From an uncultured Collinsella sp. (GTDB lineage: Bacteria > Actinomycetota > Coriobacteriia > Coriobacteriales > Coriobacteriaceae): a stretch of DNA of 64,000 nucleotides. The first letter of the stretch is position 1. Every line of letters starts with the position of its first letter. The stretch is taken from the NCBI GenBank assembly GCA_902490365.1, contig CABUDQ010000001.1, positions 2,531 to 66,530 on the forward strand. The letters run 5' to 3'. The notes beneath the pieces are model-generated. The model was not told the DNA's origin. It worked only from the letters and a program-made list of their open reading frames with translations, and searched no databases. A program made the translations under genes and the position numbers. Shown in pieces: positions 49,903 through 58,603 of the stretch.

Positions 49903-52392
49903 CTACTCCACCGGCTTGAAGATGGTGGACTGGCCGAAGACGCTGCGGATGAGGGCTTTGGCCTCGTCCTCGGTCTGCGGGATGCATGGGGCTGCGCCCT
50001 GATGGCCGAAGGGGCTGCCCGCACCGGGGTTGGACTCCCAGGGAGCCGCGGGGGCGTCGTCGCTTGTGGGGGCCGCGGATGCCGCCGTGGCGGGCTTGGG
50101 CGCGGACGCCGCACCCGGCACGTCGAACGGAGGAAGATCGTCCCCGCTCGCATCGCCGGCAAAGCCGCCGACCATAGCGTCGTCGTAGGGCACCTGCTCG
50201 GATTCCCACGGTGCAGACTGCGCAGACGGCTGAGCCTTGGGGGCAGCCGAGCGCTCGAGCGCACGGGGTGCGGGCTCGGTCGGGAGCTTACCCGTGGCAG
50301 GAGCGCCGGCGGGGTTGTCGGAGCGTAGCCAGGGGGCTTTGCCCAGGTCAGACGACTTGGGCGCGGGCGAGACGGGCTTGAGCGCGGGGACCGGAGCAGC
50401 CGGTTTGGACGCCGCGGGCTTAGGCGCCGACGGGGTCGATGCCGCTACCGGCGCCGCTTGCTGCTGCGGCGCGCTGGCACTCGAGGACACAGGGGCCGCC
50501 GAGGACACGGGTTGCGGGTCCGCAGATGCCGCAGCCCGTGCAGATGGAGAATGCTCCTCATGTTGAGGAGCCGGCGTGCCACCCCCATCCAGGACATAGT
50601 CGACGGCACGACGACCGAAGACCGCGCAGACCGTCGGCAGGACCACCGACTGCGTATCGGCGCGACCGAGCATCTTAATGGCAAAAGTCGAACCCGCGGG
50701 GAACGAGACCGTGAGCTTGGAGCCGTCGTCGGCCGTGGCGCGGGCGTTGAGCAAAAGCCCTGCGTAGGAAGCCTGACGCGCCTTGACACGCTCGACAACC
50801 TCGGCCCATTTGCGCTGCAGCTCTCCGGCATCCTCGACCGCGGGCGTCTCGGCAGCACCAGCGGCGGCAACCTGGGCGGCATTGTTGGACTGGGGCTTAG
50901 GTGCCGCAGCGGCGGCAGGCGCGGAGGCCGCAACGGGCCGAGGCGTCGGAGCCGGCACAGACTGAGGTGCAGGCGCTGCAGGCTTGGAAGCCGACACGGA
51001 CGCAGCACGAGACGCCGGCTGGGCCGCCGGAGCGGCAGCACCACGATCCCAAGGCATACCGCCCTGGCGCGCGGACGTAGCAGCAGGGGTAGCAGATGCC
51101 GCCGGAGCGGCAGCTCGGGCACCCGAGATAAGCGTCGGCTGCTGGGCGGCAGCGGGTACGGATGCTGCAGGCGCGGCGGCCTGAGCAGCAGCCACGCTCG
51201 CCGGCACCGCGGCATTGGCAACCATGGCCTCCAGGCGTGCCACGCGCTCGGCCAATGCCTCAATCGTTATATCAGCCTCGGGACGTGCCAGGCGCGTGCA
51301 GGCGATCTCGAGCACCAGGCGCACATCGCTCGCGCCCCTCATCTCCAGTGCGGCATCGTCGAGCACTGTCAGCACACGGGCCAGGCGGTCGGCAGGATGC
51401 TCGCCAAAGGCAGCGGCCTCGGCAGCAAGCGCCTCGGCCTGCTCGGAGCCGCCCTCAAACAGCTCGGCACGGGCACCGGCAACGCAGGCAACGTACACGT
51501 CACGCACATGCGCCACCAGGTCGCGCGTCAGTTCCAGCAGGTCGTTTCCTTCCTCGACCTGCGCACGAATCAGTCCATAGAGCTCGGCAACATCGCGCTC
51601 GGCAATGGCGCGGGCAAACTCGCCCAGGATCTGGTCCGAAACCTCGCCCAAGAGCGAGCGGGCATCGTCCGCATGCACGGAACCATTGCCAAAAACGCTC
51701 AGCTGCTCCAGCGTGGAGAGCGCGTCGCGCATGCCGCCCTTGGCATGGCGCGCCACGATGGCCAGCGCCTCGTCGTCGTAATCGAAGCCCTCCTGCTCAC
51801 AAACGTAGGACAGGCGATGTTCGATATCCTCGTTGCCAATGCGATGGAAGTCGAAGCGCTGGCAGCGCGAGAGGATGGTCTCCAGAATCTTTTGCGGGTC
51901 GGTGGTGCACAGCACAAAGATCACGTGCGCCGGCGGCTCCTCGAGCGTCTTGAGCAGCGCGTTAAACGCCGCCGTCGTGAGCATGTGGACCTCGTCGATG
52001 ATATAGATCTTGTACTTGCCGCGCACCGGGGCAAAGTTGACGGAGTTGATGATCTCCTCGCGCACATTGTCCACGCCCGTGCGGCTTGCGGCATCGAGCT
52101 CGTAGACGTCCGGGTGGTTGCCCTCGGCGATGAGCTCGCACTCCTCGCAGGTGCCGTCGGGCATGCAGCCGCTTGCGCCCTCGGCGCGCGCCGCCTCGGC
52201 ATTGCGGCACAGCAGCGCCTTGGCCAGAATGCGCGCCATGGTGGTCTTGCCCGTGCCGCGCGGTCCGCAGAACAGGTAGGCGTGGGACAGGCGCCCCTCG
52301 GTGACGGCGTGCTCGAGCGTCGAGACGATATGCTGCTGGCCCACCACGGAGTCGAAGGTGAGCGGGCGATACTTTCGGTACAACGATTCCAT
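49903..52392 (-). CDS. dnaX: DNA polymerase III subunit gamma/tau
   Basis: LYRKYRP, GPRGTGKT, IIDEVHML, TLEEPP, SRCQ; long Ala/Pro-rich linkers in the C-terminal half. Confidence 0.96.
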   Translation of the reverse strand: MESLYRKYRPLTFDSVVGQQHIVSTLEHAVTEGRLSHAYLFCGPRGTGKTTMARILAKALLCRNAEAARAEGASGCMPDGTCEECELIAEGNHPDVYELDAASRTGVDNVREEIINSVNFAPVRGKYKIYIIDEVHMLTTAAFNALLKTLEEPPAHVIFVLCTTDPQKILETILSRCQRFDFHRIGNEDIEHRLSYVCEQEGFDYDDEALAIVARHAKGGMRDALSTLEQLSVFGNGSVHADDARSLLGEVSDQILGEFARAIAERDVAELYGLIRAQVEEGNDLLELTRDLVAHVRDVYVACVAGARAELFEGGSEQAEALAAEAAAFGEHPADRLARVLTVLDDAALEMRGASDVRLVLEIACTRLARPEADITIEALAERVARLEAMVANAAVPASVAAAQAAAPAASVPAAAQQPTLISGARAAAPAASATPAATSARQGGMPWDRGAAAPAAQPASRAASVSASKPAAPAPQSVPAPTPRPVAASAPAAAAAPKPQSNNAAQVAAAGAAETPAVEDAGELQRKWAEVVERVKARQASYAGLLLNARATADDGSKLTVSFPAGSTFAIKMLGRADTQSVVLPTVCAVFGRRAVDYVLDGGGTPAPQHEEHSPSARAAASADPQPVSSAAPVSSSASAPQQQAAPVAASTPSAPKPAASKPAAPVPALKPVSPAPKSSDLGKAPWLRSDNPAGAPATGKLPTEPAPRALERSAAPKAQPSAQSAPWESEQVPYDDAMVGGFAGDASGDDLPPFDVPGAASAPKPATAASAAPTSDDAPAAPWESNPGAGSPFGHQGAAPCIPQTEDEAKALIRSVFGQSTIFKPVE

Positions 52393-52508
52393 GGGTGCTC
52401 CCCCGGGTATACTGAGTCTTGTTGCCGCGGCGGCCATGCGGTCGCACGGCATACTGCATTCCATAATAACCCGTACGGCGAGCCCGCCGCGATAGGAGTC
52501 CAAAGAGC

Positions 52509-53225
52509 ATGGCAGACGCAGAGAGCAACCTCATTCCCTCCGAAGCAGCCGACCAGGTCGAGGTCGCGCTCGAGGCGCAGGCCGCGGCCGATGACGGCAT
52601 TCTGTACCTCAACGAGTATCAGTACGAAAACGACCTCGTCACCGACTTTGCGCGCCTGGTCGCCTCGCCCAGGCGCCGTGGCTCCCTGTACGTCGCCGCC
52701 GTGATTGCCGCGCTCATCGGCATCGGCATGCTGGTGGCCGGCGGCAGCTGGATCAAGTTCGGCGTCGTGCTGATCGTGTTCGGCGCCTTTTTGGCCTGGT
52801 GGAGCAAGAACCTGCACCACACGCTCGCCCGCGACTTTATCGACGCCGTCGAGGCCGACGAGTCCATGGGTGGCCGCTATCGCCGCGTCGCCGCCAACGA
52901 GGACGGCCTGATGGTTTGGGGCAAGAGCGGCAAGTCGCAGTTCTTCCCGTTTGACAAGCTCGACCACGTACTCGACGGCGAGCGCATCTTTGTGGCCATG
53001 TTCGCCGACCAGGGCGTGACGATCCCCAAGGACACCTTCGTCCGTGGCGATGCCGAGCAGTTCGGTCCCTTCCTCAAGGCCCGCATCAACAAAAAACTCC
53101 GCATCGAGACCAAGAAGAAGAAAATGAAGGCCGAGAAGGCCGCCGCCGAGGCCAAGCAGGGCGACAAGCCCCAGGAGACCAAGGGCAAGCAGCGCAAGCA
53201 GAAGAAGAACAAGAAGAAGCACTAA
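52509..53225 (+). CDS. YcxB-family membrane protein with a Lys-rich tail
   Basis: Two TM segments and a C-terminal ...TIPKDTF YcxB-like motif. Confidence 0.65.
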   Translation: MADAESNLIPSEAADQVEVALEAQAAADDGILYLNEYQYENDLVTDFARLVASPRRRGSLYVAAVIAALIGIGMLVAGGSWIKFGVVLIVFGAFLAWWSKNLHHTLARDFIDAVEADESMGGRYRRVAANEDGLMVWGKSGKSQFFPFDKLDHVLDGERIFVAMFADQGVTIPKDTFVRGDAEQFGPFLKARINKKLRIETKKKKMKAEKAAAEAKQGDKPQETKGKQRKQKKNKKKH

Positions 53226-53369
53226 GGCCAAGCCAGACAGGCAGCCTCACGTCCCGTTATCCTCGCCATCCGCCCGAGCGTGCTACACTAGCAGCATCTA
53301 TGCCACCGCGAACGGCTCGGCTCCGCGCCCGCCACTCGCAAACGAACTTTAAACGCACGAGGGTTGGCC

Positions 53370-55223
53370 ATGCCGCTTTTCTCGCAACATACCGCCCGGT
53401 TCTCGCCGGACGTTCCTTTGGAGGGCACCAGCTCTCGCGAGCTGCTCAAGCGGTACCAGCCGCTCGAGACACTTGCGACCGGCGGTTTTGGCTCCATCGA
53501 GATTTGCCGCGACACGCACCTGCGCCGCCGCGTCGCCATTAAGCGCATCCCCCTTATCAACGGCGCCGGCATGCCCGCCAGCGACATCATGGATGTCCTG
53601 CGCGAGGCGCACACTGCCGCCATGCTTCAACATCCCAATATCGTGCAGGTCATCGACTTTACGCACGACACCGCCTATGCCTACTTGGTCATGGAGTATG
53701 TCGACGGTATGTCGTTGGCCGAGTTTTTGCATCGCGTGGACGGCCACTCGCTCACCTTTGACGAGGCCGCGGCCATTGCCGATGCCCTGGGCCAGGCGCT
53801 CACCTTCGCCCATAGCAATGGCGTACTCCACCTGGACATTAAGCCCGCCAACGTGCTCATCGACCACTCGGGCAATGTAAAGCTCACCGACTTTGGCATG
53901 GCGCGACTGTCGTCCGCCGGTGGCTTTGGCGGCTCGCGCGGCGGCACCATCGGCTACATGCCGCCCGAGCAGCTCGATATCGAGACCGGCACGGTCGACG
54001 AACGCGCCGATGTCTTTGCCCTTGCCTGCGTTATCTATGAGGGCTTGTGCGGCAGCGCTCCCTTTATGGCGGCCACGCCCGCCGACTCGCTCGACCGCAT
54101 CATCGGCGGCGCCACCTATCCCAGCGAGCTGATACCACACTTTCCCCCGGGAGCCGAGGCCGCGCTCATGAGCGCGCTCTCCCCCATGCCGCAGGACCGC
54201 CCCAACAGCATCGAGGCATTTTGCGACCAACTCCTTGCCGGTCTGGGCAGCGTGCGCGAGGGCCGTCGCAGTCTGGAGCAAATGGTTGGCGAGCTTTCGG
54301 ATGACGAGCAGGAGCTCGACGATATCGAGCCGTCGTACTACGAGGACGACGCCATCGAGGTCGACCCCGCGCTCGGCTGGGCGGGCACGCGCTGGAGCCA
54401 TGCGCGCGACTACACCATGCACGCTATCTCGGCGCTAACGTGCGGCACCTTTAGCTTTTTGCTGATGCAAACGGCCGGGGTCGCGGCGCTTCCCGGCCTG
54501 GTCATTGCGGCCATCGCGATCGGAGCGGCGGCTGGCCTGGCCCCCCAGATTGGCTCGGCCATCTCGGCTGTGGGCTTTTTGGTGCTCATGGCCAACGCCA
54601 CCATGCAGGCGCAGGGCATCCTGTCGATGTTGCCCGTCGCGGTGATCTTTGCCGCTGCCATGTCCGGTTGGTGGATCGCCTGGGGTCGCACCGAGGCTGC
54701 CGCGAGCGCCGCACTCACCTGCGCGCTTGCGCTTGGCTGTCTGACCGGCAATACCTTCCTGGCAGCTGGGGTCGCCGCCGGCGTCGCGTCATTTTGGCTC
54801 GGCCCGGCAAGCGCCGCCGCGGCAACGGGCATGGGCGCGCTTTTTGCCCGTCTGGCCACGGTCGCGCTTTCAGCCGGAGGCGTGCTGGGGCTCGGCAACG
54901 TTGCCGCAGCGCTGGAAGACCCGCTCCTTTGGGCTGCCTTTGCGCTGGTCGCGACAACTGCCGCGGCGTCATCTGCGCTGCTCAATGCCCATGCCAAGCG
55001 TGCCGATCAGGGCTCAAACCTTGCCGCCATCGCCGCCATCGCTGTCACCGGCATCGGCTGCGCAGCGGCATCCTGTCTTGCACACCATATGGAAATTGCC
55101 AGCCTTGCAGCCGCGGTCGCCGCCAAGGCGGCAGTTGCGGGAACCCTATCCTCTATAATCGTTGGGATATGCCTATATTTGCTCGGATACCAAAGAACCT
55201 ATACGGAGAGTGATCTTTCGTGA
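53370..55223 (+). CDS. Ser/Thr protein kinase (non-RD) with a polytopic membrane C-terminus
   Basis: TGGFG, VAIK, HPNIV, HLDIKPAN, DFG, GTIGYMPPE; many Ala-rich TM segments; GTGA overlap with fhaA. Confidence 0.9.
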   Translation: MPLFSQHTARFSPDVPLEGTSSRELLKRYQPLETLATGGFGSIEICRDTHLRRRVAIKRIPLINGAGMPASDIMDVLREAHTAAMLQHPNIVQVIDFTHDTAYAYLVMEYVDGMSLAEFLHRVDGHSLTFDEAAAIADALGQALTFAHSNGVLHLDIKPANVLIDHSGNVKLTDFGMARLSSAGGFGGSRGGTIGYMPPEQLDIETGTVDERADVFALACVIYEGLCGSAPFMAATPADSLDRIIGGATYPSELIPHFPPGAEAALMSALSPMPQDRPNSIEAFCDQLLAGLGSVREGRRSLEQMVGELSDDEQELDDIEPSYYEDDAIEVDPALGWAGTRWSHARDYTMHAISALTCGTFSFLLMQTAGVAALPGLVIAAIAIGAAAGLAPQIGSAISAVGFLVLMANATMQAQGILSMLPVAVIFAAAMSGWWIAWGRTEAAASAALTCALALGCLTGNTFLAAGVAAGVASFWLGPASAAAATGMGALFARLATVALSAGGVLGLGNVAAALEDPLLWAAFALVATTAAASSALLNAHAKRADQGSNLAAIAAIAVTGIGCAAASCLAHHMEIASLAAAVAAKAAVAGTLSSIIVGICLYLLGYQRTYTESDLS

Positions 55224-56233
55224 ACTTCCTGAACATCTTCGAGGACCACGTGGCCGGCATCTTCGGTGCCACCCGTGCCCCGTTCTCCTTTAAGAAGCTT
55301 GCCAAGCAGGCCGCTCGCGACATGGAGGATCAGACTCTGGTGATCAACGGCGTCAACACGGCGCCGGCACTCTATACCATCCTGATCGCCGCCGACGACG
55401 ATCCCATGCTCGCCCCGTTCTACCCCGAGCTTTCGCGCGAGGTCCGCGAGTTTGTGAAGGCGCAGGCCGAAAAGCGCCGTTATGTCTTTGTCGGCGAGCC
55501 CCTCGTGCGCTTTATGATCGACCCGCAGCTGCGTGCCGGCAAGTTCTCGGTCTTTGCCGAGAACGTCGATGCCCCCACGCTCGGCCGCCTGTACGAAGAA
55601 GAGCGCGCCTATCAAAACGGTCTGGGCCAAAACAACTCCGCGGCAAGCCGTGCCGCCAGCGCCCCGCGCGCCGGCCAGCAGCAGTTTGCTGCCCCGCAGC
55701 AGCAGCGCCCCGCCGCCATGCCCCAGCAGCAGCCGACGCCTCGTGCCGCCGCTCCCGACCCGCTTGCCGTAGCAGATCCCTTCGCGCCTAGCGTCCCCGA
55801 CCCCGCCGCCGCACCCATCCCGGTGCCGCAGACCGTCTCCCGCGACGCGCTTGCCGGCATGGGCGGAGCCGCCGCGACCGGTGCCGCCGTGGGCCTAGGC
55901 GCCGCAGCCGGCATTGCCTCCAACATGGCGAGCACTCGCGCCCCGCAGCGCCCGCTCGCCCAGCTCGTCGACGTCGTGAGCGGCGAGAGCCATAGCATCA
56001 CCTCCGCACAGGTGACCATCGGTCGCGAGCGCTCAGTTTCCGACATTGCCCTGCGCGACCCCAACGTGTCGCGCCGCCACGCCCAGCTCACCTTTACGGG
56101 CTCGGATTGGTCGATCGAGGACCTCAATTCCACCAACGGCACGCTCGTCAACAACCGCCGCATTACGCGCTGCCCGCTGCGCAACGGCGATCTGCTGACG
56201 TTTGGCCTGAGTACCTTTGAATTTAGGGGATAG
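55220..56233 (+). CDS. fhaA: FhaA (DUF3662 plus FHA)
   Basis: N-terminal DUF3662-like region (KLAKQAARDME...APALY), Pro/Gln linker, IGR...VSRRHA...STNGT. Confidence 0.88.
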   Translation: MNFLNIFEDHVAGIFGATRAPFSFKKLAKQAARDMEDQTLVINGVNTAPALYTILIAADDDPMLAPFYPELSREVREFVKAQAEKRRYVFVGEPLVRFMIDPQLRAGKFSVFAENVDAPTLGRLYEEERAYQNGLGQNNSAASRAASAPRAGQQQFAAPQQQRPAAMPQQQPTPRAAAPDPLAVADPFAPSVPDPAAAPIPVPQTVSRDALAGMGGAAATGAAVGLGAAAGIASNMASTRAPQRPLAQLVDVVSGESHSITSAQVTIGRERSVSDIALRDPNVSRRHAQLTFTGSDWSIEDLNSTNGTLVNNRRITRCPLRNGDLLTFGLSTFEFRG

Positions 56234-56239
56234 TCGCTT

Positions 56240-56656
56240 ATGAACATCGATATCGTCCTTTTTGCAGGCCGCATCGTCCTGGTCGCCCTGCTCTATATCT
56301 TCCTGTTCGCCGTCATGAAGACCGGCGTGGGACTCGTGCGCGGGCAGCGCCGCGACTCGGCTATCTGGACGATCGATGTGGACAAGGGCCCGCGCGGTAT
56401 CCGCGGCATCCACGTAGACATGCTCGGCCCCGTCATCGTCGGTCGCTCTCCGTCTTCGGACATCTGCATCAACGAACCGTTCGTCTCGGCCTCGCATGCG
56501 CGCTTTTCGCTGCAGGGCCCGGCGCTCATCATCGAGGACCTCAACTCGCTTAACGGCACGCTCGTCAACGGCCGCCAGCTCGTGGAGCCCGCGACGCTGC
56601 GTGAGGGCGACGAAGTCCAGATTGGCGACGTGGTCATGAAGGTGAACCGTCGATGA
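56240..56656 (+). CDS. fhaB: FhaB/FipA-like TM-FHA protein
   Basis: N-terminal TM, VGRSP...VSASHA...SLNGT; syntenic position. Confidence 0.85.
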   Translation: MNIDIVLFAGRIVLVALLYIFLFAVMKTGVGLVRGQRRDSAIWTIDVDKGPRGIRGIHVDMLGPVIVGRSPSSDICINEPFVSASHARFSLQGPALIIEDLNSLNGTLVNGRQLVEPATLREGDEVQIGDVVMKVNRR

Positions 56657-58587
56657 TCGACGAGGAGAACAAGTCCGCAACTATGACCGAGGCACCGGCC
56701 GCCGCCACAGCTGCGCCGGCCCACGCCGCTCCGGCGGGCTCCGCACCCGTGGAGCCCGAGGACACCGTGTTCTCCCTGCCTCTTTCGCAAGTAACGCATG
56801 ATATTTCGGATCTCGCCGATAACGAGGACGAAGAGGATGCCGTAGCGGCGCCCATCGGCGCACATGCTGCGGAACAGCCCACAGCGCCCGAAGCAACCCC
56901 GGCGCCGGCTCACTTTGCAGAGCCCGTCGCCGCGGCAATCAACGAGAGTGCTGCGGTGTTTGCGGCACCCGAACCCGCCGCGCCGGCGTTTCCCATAGCC
57001 CCGGCATCCGAGGTTGCGCCCGCGTCTACGCCGGTGCCCGAGGCGGGGCCATCCCCCGAGGACGGCCCTGCACCCAAGGCCCCGCAGCCTGCGCCCGCAA
57101 GCGAGTCCGATGCCGTGGCCGAGCCCGCCGCCCAGTCGCAAAGCACACCCGCGCCGTCGCACTTTGCGACGCCCGAGCCTATAGACGCCAGCCCGCAAGA
57201 CGACGAGTCGACCGCCTGCGCGTCCGAAGAGCCCGGCTCCCCGGACACCGGCGATTCCGAATCAAACGCCGAGACCGACACCGTCTCTCCCGGTGACACA
57301 GCCGAGATCGACGTTGCCGCCGTTGAGGCCAAGCTCAAAGACCCCGGCTCGACCATGAGCTTTGAGCCCCTGACCGAGGAGCGCATCGAGACCGACTCGA
57401 CCTATGATGCCGGCACCACCACGCAACTCATGTGGGGCGCCCGCTCTGACGTTGGCTGCGTACGCCCGCACAATGAGGATTCCTACCTGGTGCAGTCGCC
57501 GCTCTTTTGCGTATGCGACGGCATGGGCGGTCACGCCGCCGGCGAGGTAGCCTCTTCCATCGCCGTCGAGACTATTGCCAAGACGGCCCCGCAGTCCGCC
57601 GACGCAGCACGCCTGGCCGCAGCCGTCGAGGCAGCCAACGCCGCCGTAATCGAGGCCGCCTTGAATGGCCTGGGCAAGCCCGGCATGGGCTGCACAGCCA
57701 CTTGCGCCTATATCGAAAACGACACGCTCGCCATCGCCCACGTGGGTGACTCTCGCGCCTACCTGCTCCACGAGGGCACGCTCATCCGCGTGACCCGCGA
57801 CCACTCCTACGTGGAGGAGCTCGTGGACGCCGGCGAGATTACGGCAGACGAGGCTCGCGTCCACCCCAACCGCTCGGTCATCACCCGTGCGCTGGGCTCG
57901 GACCCCGCCATGTATGCCGACCACTTCACTCTGCATATCGAGGAAGGCGACCGCCTGATCCTGTGCTCCGACGGCCTTTCGAGCATGATTCCCGATAGCG
58001 ATATCGAGAACATCGCCACGCAGTCCTCAACCGCGCAAATCTGCGTCGACAACCTAGTGGACGCGGCGCTTGCCGCCGGCGGCCACGACAACGTGACCGT
58101 AGTAGTCGTTGACCTGGTTGACGATGGCGTTATGCGCGAGGCGCAACGCGTGCGTCGCCGCAACATTACTATCGCCGCCATCCTGGCCCTCGTCTTTGTG
58201 CTGGCAGCTGGCATCTGGGCCTACACGGGTGTCACCGGCTCGTACTACCTGGGTACCTACCAGGGCAATGTCGCCGTCTGGCGCGGCCTTCCCGGCAAGC
58301 CGCTCGGACTCAAGCTCCACTGGCTCGAAAGCGAAACCAGCATCAAGCTGTCCGACCTGCCCGAAGACACGCAAAACCGCCTCAAGGCGGGCATTCCGCA
58401 AACAAGTGTCGACGATGCGCAGGACACGATATCCAAGTACCGCCACCAGATCGATGAAGAGCAGACCCGCCAGGTGATCGACGCGCAAACGATTCGCGAC
58501 AACACCAATCAGGGATCGACCTCCGAATCAGATTCCGAGAAAACCGCCGAACAGTCCGCCGAGGCCGAAGCCTCCGAAAAGAACTAG
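56653..58587 (+). CDS. pstP: PP2C-family Ser/Thr phosphatase with a long acidic N-terminal extension and a C-terminal TM
   Basis: RPHNED, CDGMGG, GDSRAY, CSDG, GHDNVT. Confidence 0.9.
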   Translation: MIDEENKSATMTEAPAAATAAPAHAAPAGSAPVEPEDTVFSLPLSQVTHDISDLADNEDEEDAVAAPIGAHAAEQPTAPEATPAPAHFAEPVAAAINESAAVFAAPEPAAPAFPIAPASEVAPASTPVPEAGPSPEDGPAPKAPQPAPASESDAVAEPAAQSQSTPAPSHFATPEPIDASPQDDESTACASEEPGSPDTGDSESNAETDTVSPGDTAEIDVAAVEAKLKDPGSTMSFEPLTEERIETDSTYDAGTTTQLMWGARSDVGCVRPHNEDSYLVQSPLFCVCDGMGGHAAGEVASSIAVETIAKTAPQSADAARLAAAVEAANAAVIEAALNGLGKPGMGCTATCAYIENDTLAIAHVGDSRAYLLHEGTLIRVTRDHSYVEELVDAGEITADEARVHPNRSVITRALGSDPAMYADHFTLHIEEGDRLILCSDGLSSMIPDSDIENIATQSSTAQICVDNLVDAALAAGGHDNVTVVVVDLVDDGVMREAQRVRRRNITIAAILALVFVLAAGIWAYTGVTGSYYLGTYQGNVAVWRGLPGKPLGLKLHWLESETSIKLSDLPEDTQNRLKAGIPQTSVDDAQDTISKYRHQIDEEQTRQVIDAQTIRDNTNQGSTSESDSEKTAEQSAEAEASEKN

Positions 58588-58603
58588 AAAGGGAGTGCCG
58601 CTT

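Noticed and set aside
49903..52392. Programmed frameshift producing the gamma subunit
   Set aside because: No AAAAAAG or long A-run slippery site was seen on the coding strand.
52393..52508. SRP RNA (ffs), often found upstream of dnaX
   Set aside because: No helix-8 CAGG/GGAA/AGCAG motif; this is a short divergent promoter region.
50458..52704. 748-aa + strand ORF
   Set aside because: Antisense to dnaX; Arg/Gly-rich shadow translation.
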